Shown: positions 1-14,963 of the stretch, one piece after another
Layout of the letters: each line of letters opens with the position of its first letter
Position numbering within the stretch: the first letter of the stretch is position 1
NCBI RefSeq assembly: GCF_009914755.1
Contig: NC_060926.1
Source of the DNA: the human T2T-CHM13v2.0 reference genome, Homo sapiens
Direction: 5' to 3' (one strand)
Length of the DNA stretch: 64,000 nucleotides
The notes under the pieces: generated by a model
Database searches by the model: none
What the model was told of the DNA's origin: nothing
The model's input: only the letters and a program-made list of their open reading frames with translations
Translations under genes and position numbers: made by a program

Positions 1-899
1 AACACCCAAACCTGGTCCTTTGTGGAAAAACACATAGTGCATCACGTCACACCCATGCTCACAACACTCCTGAAGGCGTTTAGGAAGCAGCCCAAATGCC
101 TTACCTGCCCTTACTGGCCCCTACCTTCCCTCCCCTTCCCCCTGCTCCCTCTCCCCTCACCCCCCATCGCTGAGAATCAGGCTCGGCTTTGCCTCAATTT
201 CCCTTCCTCATCCTGCTGGGGGCCTTTCTTCGGGGCTGTGTGGACATTTGGTTGAGGCAAATTGCTTAATGGATAGAATGTACAAAATTTGGGTGATGGT
301 TACACCAAAAGCCCAGACTTTGCCACTGTGCAATATATCCATGTAACAAAACTGCACTCGTGCCCCCTAAATTTAAACCAAAAACAAAAAAAAGACTTTC
401 TTCCTAGTGTGAATGGCAGATCAGATACACACGGACCACCTTTCTCTACTCCTTCGTCAGGACAGACATTGCTAACCTATCACAGCACACTTTCCCTTCC
501 AACCTAGATTGGGTCTCGTTGTCCTCGATGGATTCTGCGGGCAACCATTAGCATGGATCAGCACCAACACATGGATGCCCCCAATGTGCCATTTCTGGGA
601 TACTGACTGGTAAGTTCCCAGTCTGAGCAGCTATGGGGCTCTGAGTGCCCCATGGTTACAATCAGGAGGGCTGGAGCTGGCAGGTCGCTCCGCAGATGTG
701 TTCCCACATGGAGAGTGCAGTGGGGGAGCAGTGCCCTTGGGGCTGTCTCTACACCCCCAAAACACAGGCCCTGAGCACCAGCAGGAAGCAGCCACCCTAC
801 CAAACACTTCTGCCCAGATTCTCAGCTGGGAAGGTGAGGCTTTCCTGACCCACAGGACCACTCCTTCCAGCGTGGATGCCCATGTGCTTACAAGGCCAC

Positions 900-1592
<693 letters not shown>

Positions 1593-2099
1593 TCTTCTTA
1601 GTGATGGAGCTCTAGCTCTATTGGGTTCACCATTATTGAGTTCCCCAAAACTCTTTCCACACCAGCATTTACCAAGCCATTTTTTGAAAAAATTGGAGCA
1701 TCAGGGTTTTGCTGGGAAAAATGCCTTCACTTCTCAAGCAATATTATTCACTGGAGGGAAGTCATCATTGGGTCTAATGTGCAGGTGCCTCAAGGGAGAT
1801 TTGGGGGTTGTAGAGGCTTCTGGGCTGATGACAGGTAAGCTTGAATGGCATCATCAAAAGAAGGGGGCACCTCCAACTTAGCCAAGCACAGAGTATGAGG
1901 AGCTGGTTTGGTGAAATCTTCCCAGACAGCTGATTCTCTTGATATTTGAGGGTTCTTGTGTACACATTCCTGTTTAGTGCTCAATCCTCTAACTATGTGC
2001 ACTCATAAATTCACTAATAAATGCTGCTGAAAGTTAACTGTTGTATTGGAAAAAGTGATCCTTTTTCTTTCTCATGGCATATCAGGAAAATAATAGCTA

Positions 2100-2330
2100 A
2101 AATTTTGCAAGGGCCAAGAGCTTTCTGTGCACCATCTCATTGAACACTCATGGCGATCCTGTATGATCTTTACTGTACTTGTCCTATTTCTTTCACTTTT
2201 AGAGAGGAGGACATGGAGCATGGTGGGTCAGAGAGGTTAACCGACTCATCCGAGGTCACACAGCTAGCAGGTGGTGGAGGCGGGATTCAAACCCAGGCAG
2301 CCCAGCTCCAGCAAAGTGCTTAAGAACATG
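2100..2330 (+). mobile_element. MIR (representative; similar copies at about 9150-9350, 20290-20400, 28730-28950, 42470-42690, 45820-46000, 57000-57130, 59830-60040)
   Basis: Core AGAGAGGTTAA...GAGGTCACACAGCTAG...GGGATTCAAACCCAGGCAG. Confidence 0.7.
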
Positions 2331-2363
2331 ATTTCTAAACTGTTTCTCACCACCTTTAATTTA

Positions 2364-2684
<321 letters not shown>

Positions 2685-4267
2685 CTAACTTTTAAAGCAA
2701 ATAGCGTTTCTCAAGAAAACAGCTTTAACGATCACAGAGTATTTGGAGGGGGAGCAAAGGTAGATAATGGCCCAGCCTAGGTTTCTAGGAAGAACCCTTT
2801 GGCCTGCCAGGTAGCCGCCAGGTAGCTCTGTGTCTGAGCCCTGCTCAGGCTGATCGTGGGTCTCCAGTGGGGACAACTCACAGAGAAGAGCAGCGCAAAC
2901 TGGTGCCTAGTGAAGGCTGAGAAAGGGAGGAGGATGCACACCGGGGGCTTTTAACCTGGCAGGACCCTAGCACTGCTCACATGAGAAGATGCTGGCTGTC
3001 TATGCATGCTACTTAATTTTGGCATTTTCTGTGATATTTCTCCAATGAATACACAAATTAGCTATAATAATGTTTTCCCAAACACAGCCTAGATGAGCCT
3101 GTTGATTTTAGATTGAGCATCCAAACGACTTCATTATGACCCTGAGCTCCATTTCTTACCCTTGACTTGGAACCCAAGGTGGCCAATGGCGAATGACTTT
3201 GCTCTTGATTTAGGAATGCTTCCAAAGAGGCCAGAAATCTGTAGAAAGTTGCAAGTGACTGCTCTGATATCTCAGGCACCAGGAAAAGTTGTCCAGGCGC
3301 CAGATGCCCTTTTCAATCCAGAAACAACTTTAAAATCATTTTAAAGTCCAAAGCTAATTTCCTAAAAAGGAACTTGGCAGAAAGGAAGGCTTTCCTCCAA
3401 CGCTCAAGAATCCACCAAGGAATGTTTTTCTCACTCAGATGAGAGCAAAACTGTCTTGATCTTTGTCCTCACTCTCATGAGTGGATTTATGACTTGGGAG
3501 CATCCTGAAAAATAAAACCCATATGTGAGGGTTCTAAAAACTTCAAATACTTGGAAATTTTTCACCCCATTGGTGGGATTTAATAGGAATCTATTTTCGC
3601 TCAGCAACACTGAGTGTATCAGCTGAGAGTAGGAAATTGAGTTTTCTTGATCTGCTTATGTGGATTGCGGTAAAGGGTATGGAGGCAGTTGTGGGGGTCT
3701 GAAATGATGGTGGAGAGCTTGGGAGAGGAGCAGGCAGTTTTGCCATCTTTTCACTTTGGGCCCAGAGAGCAATTGCATCCAGCAATTGCTTGTTGATGGG
3801 CTGCATGAGGTACTCTCCAGGGATTTGGCCTTCATGGAGTTCACTGTCATGTAGCCTGAAAGACTGATACAAGCAGGTTGCACTAACTTGTACATAAGAT
3901 AGAGCAACACTCCAAAAGTCAGCACCTTGGGACTGACCCTGGCCACTTTGGGGCGGGACCTGGGGGTCAAGGGCCTTAGGCCCAGCTTGCCTTCCATATC
4001 CCCTGTCACTGCCTCTGTGGTTCCCAAGCTTCTCTCATCCCTTGAAGGGCACTGTCCAAGTTGCTTGCCCTTCTGCAGAGCCTATATTTTGAAGGATTTG
4101 TCTCTGGTAGGAAACATACTCATTAACTAATAGTGAATTGGCACCTCTGTTTCTTTTCAGTTTTTCAATAGATATTTCTTTTTCCTTTTTTTAAAAAACT
4201 TTACCATCTGCATCTTTTTTTTTTTTTCTTTTTTGAGACGGAGTCTTGCTCTGTGGCCCAGGCTTAG

Positions 4268-4375
<108 letters not shown>

Positions 4376-7300
4376 TAATTTTTGTATATTTAGTAGAGAC
4401 AGGGTTTTGCCATGTTGGCCAGGCTGGTCTTGAACTCCTGGCCTCAAGTGATCTGCCCACCTTGGCCTCCAAAAATGCTGAGATTACAGGTGTGAGCCAC
4501 CACACCCGGCCCATCTTCATAATTTTTAAGTGTGCAGTTCAGTGACAATAAGTATCTTTATTCTTTTTCACTCCTTCATCCCTGCGTCCCTGCTCCACTT
4601 CCTGGCCTCCAGTAACCAGCAGTCTACTGTCTGTCATCATGAGACCCACTTCACAGTTTTAGCTCCCACATATGAGTGAGAACACGAGATATATGTCTTT
4701 CTATGCTTGGTTTATCTCATTTGACATAATGGCCTCCACTTCTATCCATGTTGCTGCCCAAAACTCCTTTTTATTGATCTATTTATTTTTAGAGATGGGG
4801 GTCTTGCTATTTTGCCCAGGCTGGATCTGAATTTGCGATCCTCCCACCTCAGCCTCCAGAGTAGCTGGGACTACAGGACACCCCACTGCACCCGGTTCAT
4901 ATACCCATTTTTAAACTCATCAGCAACTTGGGGCCAGGTGCAGTGGCTCACTCTTCTAATCCCAGCACTTTGGGAGGCCAAGGTGGGAGGATTGCTGGAG
5001 TGTAAGAGTTTGGGATGAGCCTGGGCAAGATGGTGAGAACCCATCTCTACAGAAAAAAAAAAAAAAGTAAAACTCCTGGATGATTGGAGGTCAGAGCTTC
5101 TAGCCTTGGGAGACATGGTGCTGGTGCATGAAGCTCCAGCCCAAAGTGAAGGCAACTGAGGCACAGCCACCAGGCGCAGGGTGCAGAAGTGAGGGATGAA
5201 TTTCCCATGGGACACGCTGGCCATCCAGACCCCCACTCTCATCTCTGTGGACCTCTGGGGTCCTGGCATCTTGGGTTGGGCCATCCCCTCCACCTTCCCT
5301 CCACTCCACCTGTCCTGTCTCTCTTTTTTTGAATTGGAGTCTTCCTCTTGTCACCTTGCCTGTAGTGCAATGGCGTGAACTTGGCTCACTGCAACCTCTG
5401 CCTCCTGGGTTCAAGCCATTCTCCTGCCTCAGCCTCCTGAGTAGCTGCGATTACAGGGGTCCACCACCATGCCAATTTTTGTATTTTTAGTAGAGATGGG
5501 GTTTCACTATGTTGACCAGACTGGTCTTGAACTTCTGACCTCTGGTAATCCATGCGCCTCAGCCTCCCAAAGTGCTGGGATTACAGGTGTGAGCCAGCAC
5601 GCCCAGCTGGCATCTTTTAAACAGACCTCATGCCTCCCCTGTCTCTGCCTCCACTGGCCCAACCCTTACTGCAGGGCTCCCTCCCTTTTGCTAAAACCCT
5701 GCTGTCCCTTCACCTGGAATGTGCTATCTGTGAACGTATGCTATTTAGAGAACCTGGAGCATTCATTCTGAGTGAGTGTGAAAAGAATTACTACCTTATT
5801 TTCAAGGTAGTAATGCTTGCTTTATAATACATCAAACCACACCCCCAGTTCTTCTCCTCCTCCTGGAAAATCATTAATAAGTGATGGAAGATTGTTGAAT
5901 GATGGCCAGCTCAGAGGCCACCTCCTCCATGCAGGCCTTGCTGATCATCCATCCCTTTGATGGTGCCCATCCTCCTCATTTGAACGTGTGATTTTTTTTT
6001 TTCCTTGTCCACAGGCAAAGTGAGTTGAGGCAGGAAGATTGTGAGATGGCCTCACCCAGGCTCCCAGGTCCTTAATCAACCACCTGAGCTAGTTTCCCAA
6101 AAGCAGCCCACAGAGGGTGCTCCAGCAAATGGCCCCTCCTCAGTGCTCAGACCCCATGTGGTCTCCCACGGCCCTGGCCTCCAGGATGGCTGCCAAACAA
6201 AGGGAGGAGGAGTAAGGCTGAAGTCCTCAGCCTTCTGGGGTGGGTCCTCCAGTCTGGAGGCAGAATTCCACCCCCTGGTCTGACCTCTCCCAAGGTGGGG
6301 AGAGGTGGTCCCAGGCCAAGGGAAGGAATTTTTCCTGAGGCCCAGCAGCCTCCTGAAGACACCGTCATGGTAGCAGAGGGGGCTTAGGTGCGGGGAGAAG
6401 GGGGGTCTGAAAAGAGGCAGCCCATCCAGGCTCAGAGATGGAACCCCCTGCTCCGCTGGGCCACGGTGCCTCTCAGCCTCAGGATCCTATCACCGTTGTT
6501 GGGGTGAGAGGGCTGGTGTGCTCTTTTCACCAAGCGGGGTTTCTGGCCTGGCCTCGGGGGTGTGGGACACAGCATCGCTTCATCTCCACTAGCCTGAGGG
6601 CCACCATTGTCCCATCTGTGTCCCCAGCCCCACTTCAAAGCCTCACACATACACTGTGCACAGCAATTATCTATGAAGGAGTAAAGGAATTTTTGCCATT
6701 GGGGTTGTGCTGGGGGGTGACTTCAGAGCATCAGAGCTGACTCCTTACTCGGGAAGCAATGGGCCCATGTAGATGGGGAAGGGACGTCATCTTGGGAGAC
6801 GGGATGTCCGACTTGGTGCTGGTGGCTCACCAGCTTCTTGGGACAAACAGCAGCTCCTGCGCCCCTGGTAGAGCCAGCAGGCTTGGGTGGTTAGGTTTGG
6901 TCTCCTCTGAGAGGCTCTGGGTGGCCCCACAACATCTGGGCTATTTTGTTACTGGTACAAGCTTCCGGTCTCCCACAGGCCAAGGGAAGTTCTTAAAGCA
7001 ATGAAAAAAAAAAAAAAAGGAACAGAGACAGAGTCTTGCCAGGTTGCCCAGGTTGGAATGCAGTGATATGATCATAGCCCACCGCATGACTTCTGGGCTC
7101 AAGCAGCCCTCCTGCCTCTGCCTCCTGAGTGGCTGAGACTACAGGCATGCATCAGCTCTTCTTAAAGCAATTCATCTTCCCCCATGTCTAGCCTCATCTG
7201 TGTCCCCAGCCCCACTGGGGCAGAAAGCTGTGGAATGTTACTCACACTGTCATTGGATCAACCCCTGGCTTTCCTGTGGGGATCCCCTCCCTGGGAGGGG

Positions 7301-8023
7301 TTCCCATGACAATTTGGGCTCCAGAAAGGGATGTGGGAGGAGAGTGCGGTGGAGGGAGGTGGTCTGTGGTCTCCCTTCATGGACCAGAAAGCTTGACCCC
7401 CAAGGGGACCCTGGCTTCTACTTCCTCAGAGCTAAGCAGTGCCAAGGGGCAGCCTGAGACATGGGCAAAGGGGAAGCCTAAATGGAAAAAGAGAGAGAGA
7501 GAGAGAGAAAGAGAGAAGGGGCAGGGAGGACAAAGACACATGGCAAGTGTCCAAGCTGGAACATTCCCACCAGTGGCCTTATTGCATTAAGGATTTTCCC
7601 AAAAAGCAGAAATACACTGATAGTCAATGGAACATAGCAGAGCTGTCACGAGCCCAGGAAACACAAGTCCCACCTCTACACAGCCAGAGACTGTGTGACT
7701 GTCCCAAATTTTAAATCAAGATAGACAATAAGAACCTACCACTTTCACATCCAAGAAAACTGTGTCCCCACACATTTCAGTCACACCGTGCTGTGGCTTG
7801 AGGCCAGCCAGATGCAAAAATCAGGAAGGTTCTGAGGGGTAGGGCCTTCTGTCTTTCTGAAAGGGGCCCCTGAGCGGAGGGGGCAGTGCTGGGGGAGCTA
7901 AAGCGCAGTGGGCTGTCACTTCACGACTATGACTTCTGTTTCCCAAGTGCACTTCCTGACCCTGAGATTTGTGCCATGGCACACAGGAATCAGGGCACTT
8001 CCGTTTACATATACGCTCATTAT

Positions 8024-8195
8024 CAGGACTGGCGTCGTGGGTGTGGGGCCTGGGCAGTCACAGGGCCCTGTTCTTAGAAGGTGCCCCGGCTTGCTTTAAT
8101 GCTGTGTTGTTGTCCTTTTGAAAGCCTTACTATTTTAACAAGGGGCCCTGCATTTTTATATTGCACAGGGCCCTGCAATTATGCAGCCATTCCTG
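8024..8195. mobile_element. MER91-like hAT MITE
   Basis: CAGG...CCTG ends and internal CAGGGCCC...CTTAGAAGG...AACAAGGGGCCCTGCATTTT pattern matching the recalled MER91A consensus. Confidence 0.6.
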
Positions 8196-8481
8196 CTTTT
8201 GATCTCACTTACCCCACAGCCATAATGGAAGAGCGCCTGGAAGGAGTCCTTATCCTGATTCCCAGATGGTGAAACTGAGTGCCAGGAGGGGCAGTGCTGA
8301 AGCCGAGACCAGACAGGATCCCTCGGGTGGAATCCAGGGCTGCTGTTTCTCTTGGGGGCTCCTCCTCAGTGAATGGATGGGTGGTAATCTCCTTTCCTAC
8401 CTGTCCTAGCGGTAGCCTCTGTTCCTTCTCTTGTTTTATCTCATTTTATTTTTTTAAAAAATACCAAAACCATTCTCTCAC

Positions 8482-8660
8482 CTGCCAGAGAGGAGCTCAT
8501 AGGAGTTGGGCTTCCTCAGAGAGTGTTCCTCCCTCGTCCCCTGTCCTGTCCAGGCACCTGCGAGCAGGATGGTGTGTCCCCGGCTAAATCCACAGGCGCT
8601 CCACTCTGTCCCAGAGAGCCCACAGCCAAAAACTTCGTCCTGTCCTGGAAAAGCTTCACT
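8482..8660 (-). other. NGEF: Probable non-coding first exon of NGEF (ephexin-1); bases 1-8481 would be its intron 1
   Basis: Minus-strand donor CAG|GTGAGA at 8482/8481 and GC boxes just upstream. Assignment rests on recalled gene order (NGEF head-to-head with NEU2, about 19 kb away); no NGEF coding sequence is in the window and the 5' end is approximate. Confidence 0.6.
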
Positions 8661-8699
8661 GGTAAGCATTCCCGACCTTTAGACCTGCCTTGGCCCATA

Positions 8700-8960
8700 G
8701 CTGGCCACGAGCCCATAACGATCACTTCCCGGCTGGGTGTTTACCTTCCTGGGCCCCATGGGTTGAGCCAGGGTGGCAGCCACATACCTGACACAAAAGT
8801 GGTGCAGGAGGGAAGGGCTATCTGAGGGGAAGGCTGGGCATGGCTGGAATACCCGCCGCCCGCCCAGTGCAAGATAATGCTGATGGTCACACCAAGAGGG
8901 GCCCGTGGCTCAGCTGGCCCACCAACCCCAAGCATTGGCCAAGCCAGCTGCACGGCCCTC
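8700..8960 (-). promoter_or_regulatory. Candidate NGEF proximal promoter
   Basis: Tandem GC boxes CCGCCGCCCGCCC at about 8852-8864, ETS-like CACTTCC at about 8723, unique GC-rich sequence next to the putative first exon. Confidence 0.4.
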
Positions 8961-9087
8961 AAATCTGAGATTTGGGAGAGGCTTTGGGGTCCTCCAGGGT
9001 TCTAGTCACTTCCTGCCATGGCCATCTGGCCTTAACTCAATCACTTCCAGGCATGGAACACTCACTGCTTTGTAAGGCATCTTGCTC

Positions 9088-9128
<41 letters not shown>

Positions 9129-9419
9129 CCTCTAATAGCTTCCTTTAATCCAGTGCTTACTACATGACAGGCACTGGGCTAAGTACATTACATAATCTAT
9201 GTAATCCTTGTGTTGTCACTATGACCAGAGAATCATGCCCATTTTAAAGATGCAGAAACAGAGGCTCAAGAAATTGATCATCTTGCTCAAAGCCCCACAG
9301 CTAGTAAGTTGGGGATCCAGGATTCAAACCCAAGCCAACTAGTATCAAAACCACTACCATCATTTGCCAAGTTTAATTGCTACATCATCCATCTTTATAT
9401 AAAACTCAAATCAGCGTTT

Positions 9420-9955
9420 GTTTTAGCTATCTGTTCTGGAAACAAATTAACTCAAAGTGTGTGGCTTGAAATAACACTCATTTGTCATCTCAGTTTCTGT
9501 GGCTAGAAGTCTGGGCACTGCTTGGCTGGGTTCTCTGCTCAGGGTTTCTCATAAGTTGCCATCCAAGTGTTGGAGGGGCTGAGGTCTCATCTCATGGCTC
9601 CACTAGGGGGGATCCACTTCCAAGCTGCTGGTGTTGGCAGGATTCAGTTTCTTAGGGCTGTAGGATGAAGGCCTCAGCCCCTCTCAGCTGTCAGCTGTGG
9701 CCACTATCAGTCCTTTGCCATGTGGGCCTCTCCGCCCTGGCAGCTCGTTGCATCAGAGAGGGCTATAGAGAGAGTCTGGGAAGAGGTAGGTCAGTCTTTT
9801 GTAATATACTCAAGGATGTGATATTCCATCACTTCTGGCATATTCTACTCGTTAGAAGGAAGTCATCAGGCACAGCCTACACTCAAAGGTAGGGGATTAC
9901 ACAGGGCACAATACCAGGGGTGGGGGTCCCTGAGGGCCATCTTTGAAAGTTCCCA
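9420..9955. mobile_element. MLT1-type MaLR LTR
   Basis: CAGTTTCTGTGG...CTTGGCTGGGTTCTCTGCTCAGGG...GGGCCATCTT pattern. Confidence 0.6.
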
Positions 9956-10036
9956 CAGCCATCTGATTGCCACAAAACATGGGTTTCAGTTTTGTCCCTG
10001 AAAGCCAGATTGAAGTAGTCTCTCATCTATTCTCTC

Positions 10037-10990
10037 ACCCATCCATCCACCCATCCACCCATCCATCCACCCATCCACCCATCCATCCGTCCATCCATCC
10101 ATCCACCATCCATCCACCCATCCATCCATCATCCACCCATCCACCCATCCATCCACCCATCCATCCATCCATTATCCACCCATCCACCCATCCATCCACC
10201 CATCCACACTTCCATCCACCCACCCATCCATCCACCCACCCTTCCATCCATCCATCCACCCACCATCTATCCATCCAACCATCCATCCATCCATCCATCC
10301 ATCCATCCATCCATCCATCTACTCATCCATTCATCCACCCACTCATCCACCCATTCATCTACCCAACCATCTACTCATCCATTCATCCACCCACTCATCC
10401 ACCCATTCATCTACCCATCCATCTACTCAACTACCCATCCACCCACCCATTCATCCATCCACCCATCCATCTATCCACCCATCCACCCATCCACCCATCC
10501 ATCTATCCACCCATCCACCCATCCATCTATCCACCCATCCATCCACCATCCATCCATCCACCATCCATCCCTTCACCCATCCATCCATCCACCCACCATC
10601 TATCCATCCATCCACCCACCCATCCACCCACCAATCCACCCACCCACCTACTCATCCATTCATCCACCCACTCATCCACACATCCACCCACTTATCCACA
10701 CATCCATCTACCCATCCATCTACTCATCCACCCATCCACCCACCCATTCATCCATCCACCCATCCACCCATCCAGTCATCCACCCATCCATCCACCCATC
10801 CACCCATCCATCTATCCATCCACCATCCATCCATCCACTCATCCACTTACCCATATATCCATCCAGCCATCCATCCACCCATCCACCCATCCATCTATCC
10901 ATCCACCATCCATCCATCCACTCATCCATTTACCCATATATCCATCCAGCCATCCACCCAGCCGTCCACCCATTTATCCAACCTTTCCTT
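10037..10990. repeat. About 950 bp (CCAT)/(CCAC) complex tetranucleotide array
   Basis: Directly visible CCATCCAT/CCACCCAT units; source of the 358-aa HPSI ORF. Confidence 0.97.
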
Positions 10991-11312
10991 CATTCATTCA
11001 ACAAACATTTGAGCAGGGCACTATAAACCAGATCCCGCATTAGGCTCAAGAGATATTAAAATAAGTGCATTAACTCCCTCTTTCCCCTCTCTGTCCCTTG
11101 CCACCAAAGCCTTCCAACAGAGCCTTCCTGCATGCCGAGGTTGAAGAGGTGTCCGCTGAGTGCTCTGTCTTCTGGGAATTTTGGCTGTTTCCTGCAACCT
11201 ATCATCAGATGCCACACTTATGAGACCCTCATCCTTCTGCTCACTCTCTTCCATTGTTTCACTCATTAAAAATATATATTTTAAGCAATTCCTAAATGTA
11301 AGTGTTTGTAGC

Positions 11313-11314
<2 letters not shown>

Positions 11315-11345
<31 letters not shown>
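11315..11345. repeat. (TG)n microsatellite
   Basis: About 15 TG units. Confidence 0.95.
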
Positions 11346-11350
<5 letters not shown>

Positions 11351-11979
11351 AGGAATAGATCTGAGTGGGACCATGGGGATGCAGCAGGGACCTCCTGGGT
11401 GGGCAGGGCCAGCAAGGGGCACAGGTAGAGGCCTGAGCCCTGGACTCACCTGCCTGTGGACCTGTCCCCACAACCCAGCTCCCCAGGCCCAGGGCTGAGG
11501 GAATGAACTCGTGAGAAGAGGGTGAAGGGGCCAGTGGGGTTGTCATGTTCAGGTGCCCAGTGGGATGACTTTGAAAATTAAAATTATAAGTCTTTCACGC
11601 AGGAGACCATTTCTTTCCTATTGAGCACCTAGTACCAGTAGGTACTGTGCTAGGCCCTGGGGCTGCAATTGGGTGGCTTTCTAAAGTGAATCTAATTTCC
11701 TTTTTTGTCCTTTGCTCTATCTCACTGCCTCAGAACAGGCCCCCATCAACTCCTACCTGACAATTGCAATGTCCTTTAAATGGGTCTCTTGGCTTCAGTC
11801 TCTCCCAATTGCTTCCAGCCCTCAGCACCCCATCCCACTCAGTAGCCATGTGAATCTGCTGACACAGATCTGATCTTGTCACTTTCTTGCTCAAAAACAT
11901 TTTATATAACCTACGTTAACAGTTTTATGAGTGTTCTTCCAGAAATGTTCTATATATACACAATCTCTACCTCCCTGCC

Positions 11980-12020
11980 TCTCTCTCCCTCTCTCTCTCT
12001 CTCCCTTGCATGTCTGTGTG

Positions 12021-12070
<50 letters not shown>
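11980..12070. repeat. (CT)n plus (CA)n microsatellite
   Basis: CT run followed by about 23 CA units. Confidence 0.95.
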
Positions 12071-12074
<4 letters not shown>

Positions 12075-13630
12075 TATCCTTTGTTTTACTTAGGCAGGAT
12101 CTCAACATGTATGTTCTGTTCTGTATTACTGTTTTGGTGGTTTTCCAATTTAGCACACTTTGAAGTTCTTCACTGTTTTTAATGGCTGTCGGCTGTTGTG
12201 CTATAGAAATATTCTGGGATGGTACTGAGAAATCCCTTTCAGGGCCTGGGGTGTCCTTGACCCGAAGCTTTTGTGATGCTTTTCTGAGTGATAATTTTGA
12301 TAGATCATTAATGAGCTTAGTACTCATAAGCCAATTGTTTCAAAGGAATTTTCATAATTTTGCATTTGTAGGAATTGAATAATTAATATAATGAGTTTAA
12401 TTCATTATAAGACTTTTTTTTTAAGATGATAAAATACCTTCTCATGTTAAGTTTGCTTTAAGGGGTGGGAAGAGGAGAAGAATCTAAATGTTTTAATTGT
12501 TATTGTTTTGGTTATTTGAAAAGTAAAATTTAAATATATAAAGATGATGGACCAGGCCTGGTTAAGAAAAAGAACTGAACAGAAGCAGGAATACTTATCA
12601 AAACACCTACTGAGTACTTGTGAACCAGGCACTGTTCTAAGTGCTTTACAAGGATTAACATGTTTAATCTTCCCTACAGTCTTAGGATGAGGAAGCCAGA
12701 TCTAAAGGGGTTAAAGCTTTCCCGAGATCCCATAAATTTTCTGGAACATACAGAAATGCTGCATATATATTTTTTGTAATGTAAATATGTAATTCAATTC
12801 AAAACAAGAAAAGTACATGTTCAGGTGCCACAAATGAAGAGATAATTCTATATTTACCTCGGTAAGCTGAGTACTTTAGGGACTGTAGCATACATTCCTT
12901 ATGGTGTTTGTTATAAATTAATGGTTATGGGGAAACAAGAATCAAAGCCTCTGAACTTGAACACAGCAGGAAGCTTGACGAGGTTGATTATAGATCAGAA
13001 GTAAAAAAATGTCCCAGGCCATGGATAGAAATAGAATTACCCACAAGAATGTGGAGAACAAGCTGGATCCACACATGTACTCATGATGTACAAAAATCCC
13101 AAGATGGAAATGGAGAAAAAAATTTGAGAATTTGTGACCCCTTAAGACTTATGCAGAGGCAACTAGGGGGAGGTCGCCACAATCTAGGTCACTGGTAGGA
13201 ACAATTCCACCACCACACTGAAAGGATAATTCCCATTGAAGATGAGCTCATAGGCAGAAATTATAAAACATATTGGTCTTAAGGAAGACCAATATGAAGA
13301 ATATAATTTATTAAACATGATAATACCAAATTGTAAAACATTTGAGAAAGTCCAACATAAAGAAATACATCCCACAAAAATGGGAGAGTTGACACATGAG
13401 AAAACAGAAACAATAGAACAATATTTAAAAAGACCTTAAAAACTAAGTATGCGTTTCATTTCAGAAGTGGGTGTGTGACATAATTACCTTCTTGGGATTT
13501 CAAAGTACAACCATTAAGACTCTCCTGGCCTCAGTCAGATGATAACAAGTTTTAGCAAACTTGGCATTCATAAGTACTTGACCTTGGATGGAGGAAAAGG
13601 TTAGAAATGTTTGTGTGTGAAGAAGGTAAG

Positions 13631-14330
<700 letters not shown>

Positions 14331-14421
14331 CTCAAATGCCTTTGTTTCTGTTTTTAAATCCCAATCAACAAATCACTAATTGTGTGACCTTGGAATAGTC
14401 ACATAATCACATTTTGCCTCA

Positions 14422-14960
<539 letters not shown>

Positions 14961-14963
14961 TTA

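Larger units (their letters stand above)
8554..11290 (+). ncRNA. Candidate spliced antisense transcript or small-ORF unit: exon 8554-8661 and terminal exon 11110 to about 11290
   Basis: Acceptor (Y)n-CAG|8554; donor CTG|GTAAGC at 8662; branch-like TTAAC 11070, (Y)n, AG at 11108-11109; ATTAAA 11265-11270 followed by GT-rich sequence. Predicted from signals only. Confidence 0.45.

Noticed and set aside
3591-4027. Possible pseudogene in overlapping minus-strand ORFs
   Set aside because: No recognisable protein; partly resembles decayed L2 sequence.
9967-11043. 358-aa His/Pro/Ser/Ile ORF and antisense MDGW ORFs
   Set aside because: Translation of the CCAT array, which lacks stops by composition; non-ATG start and no domain.
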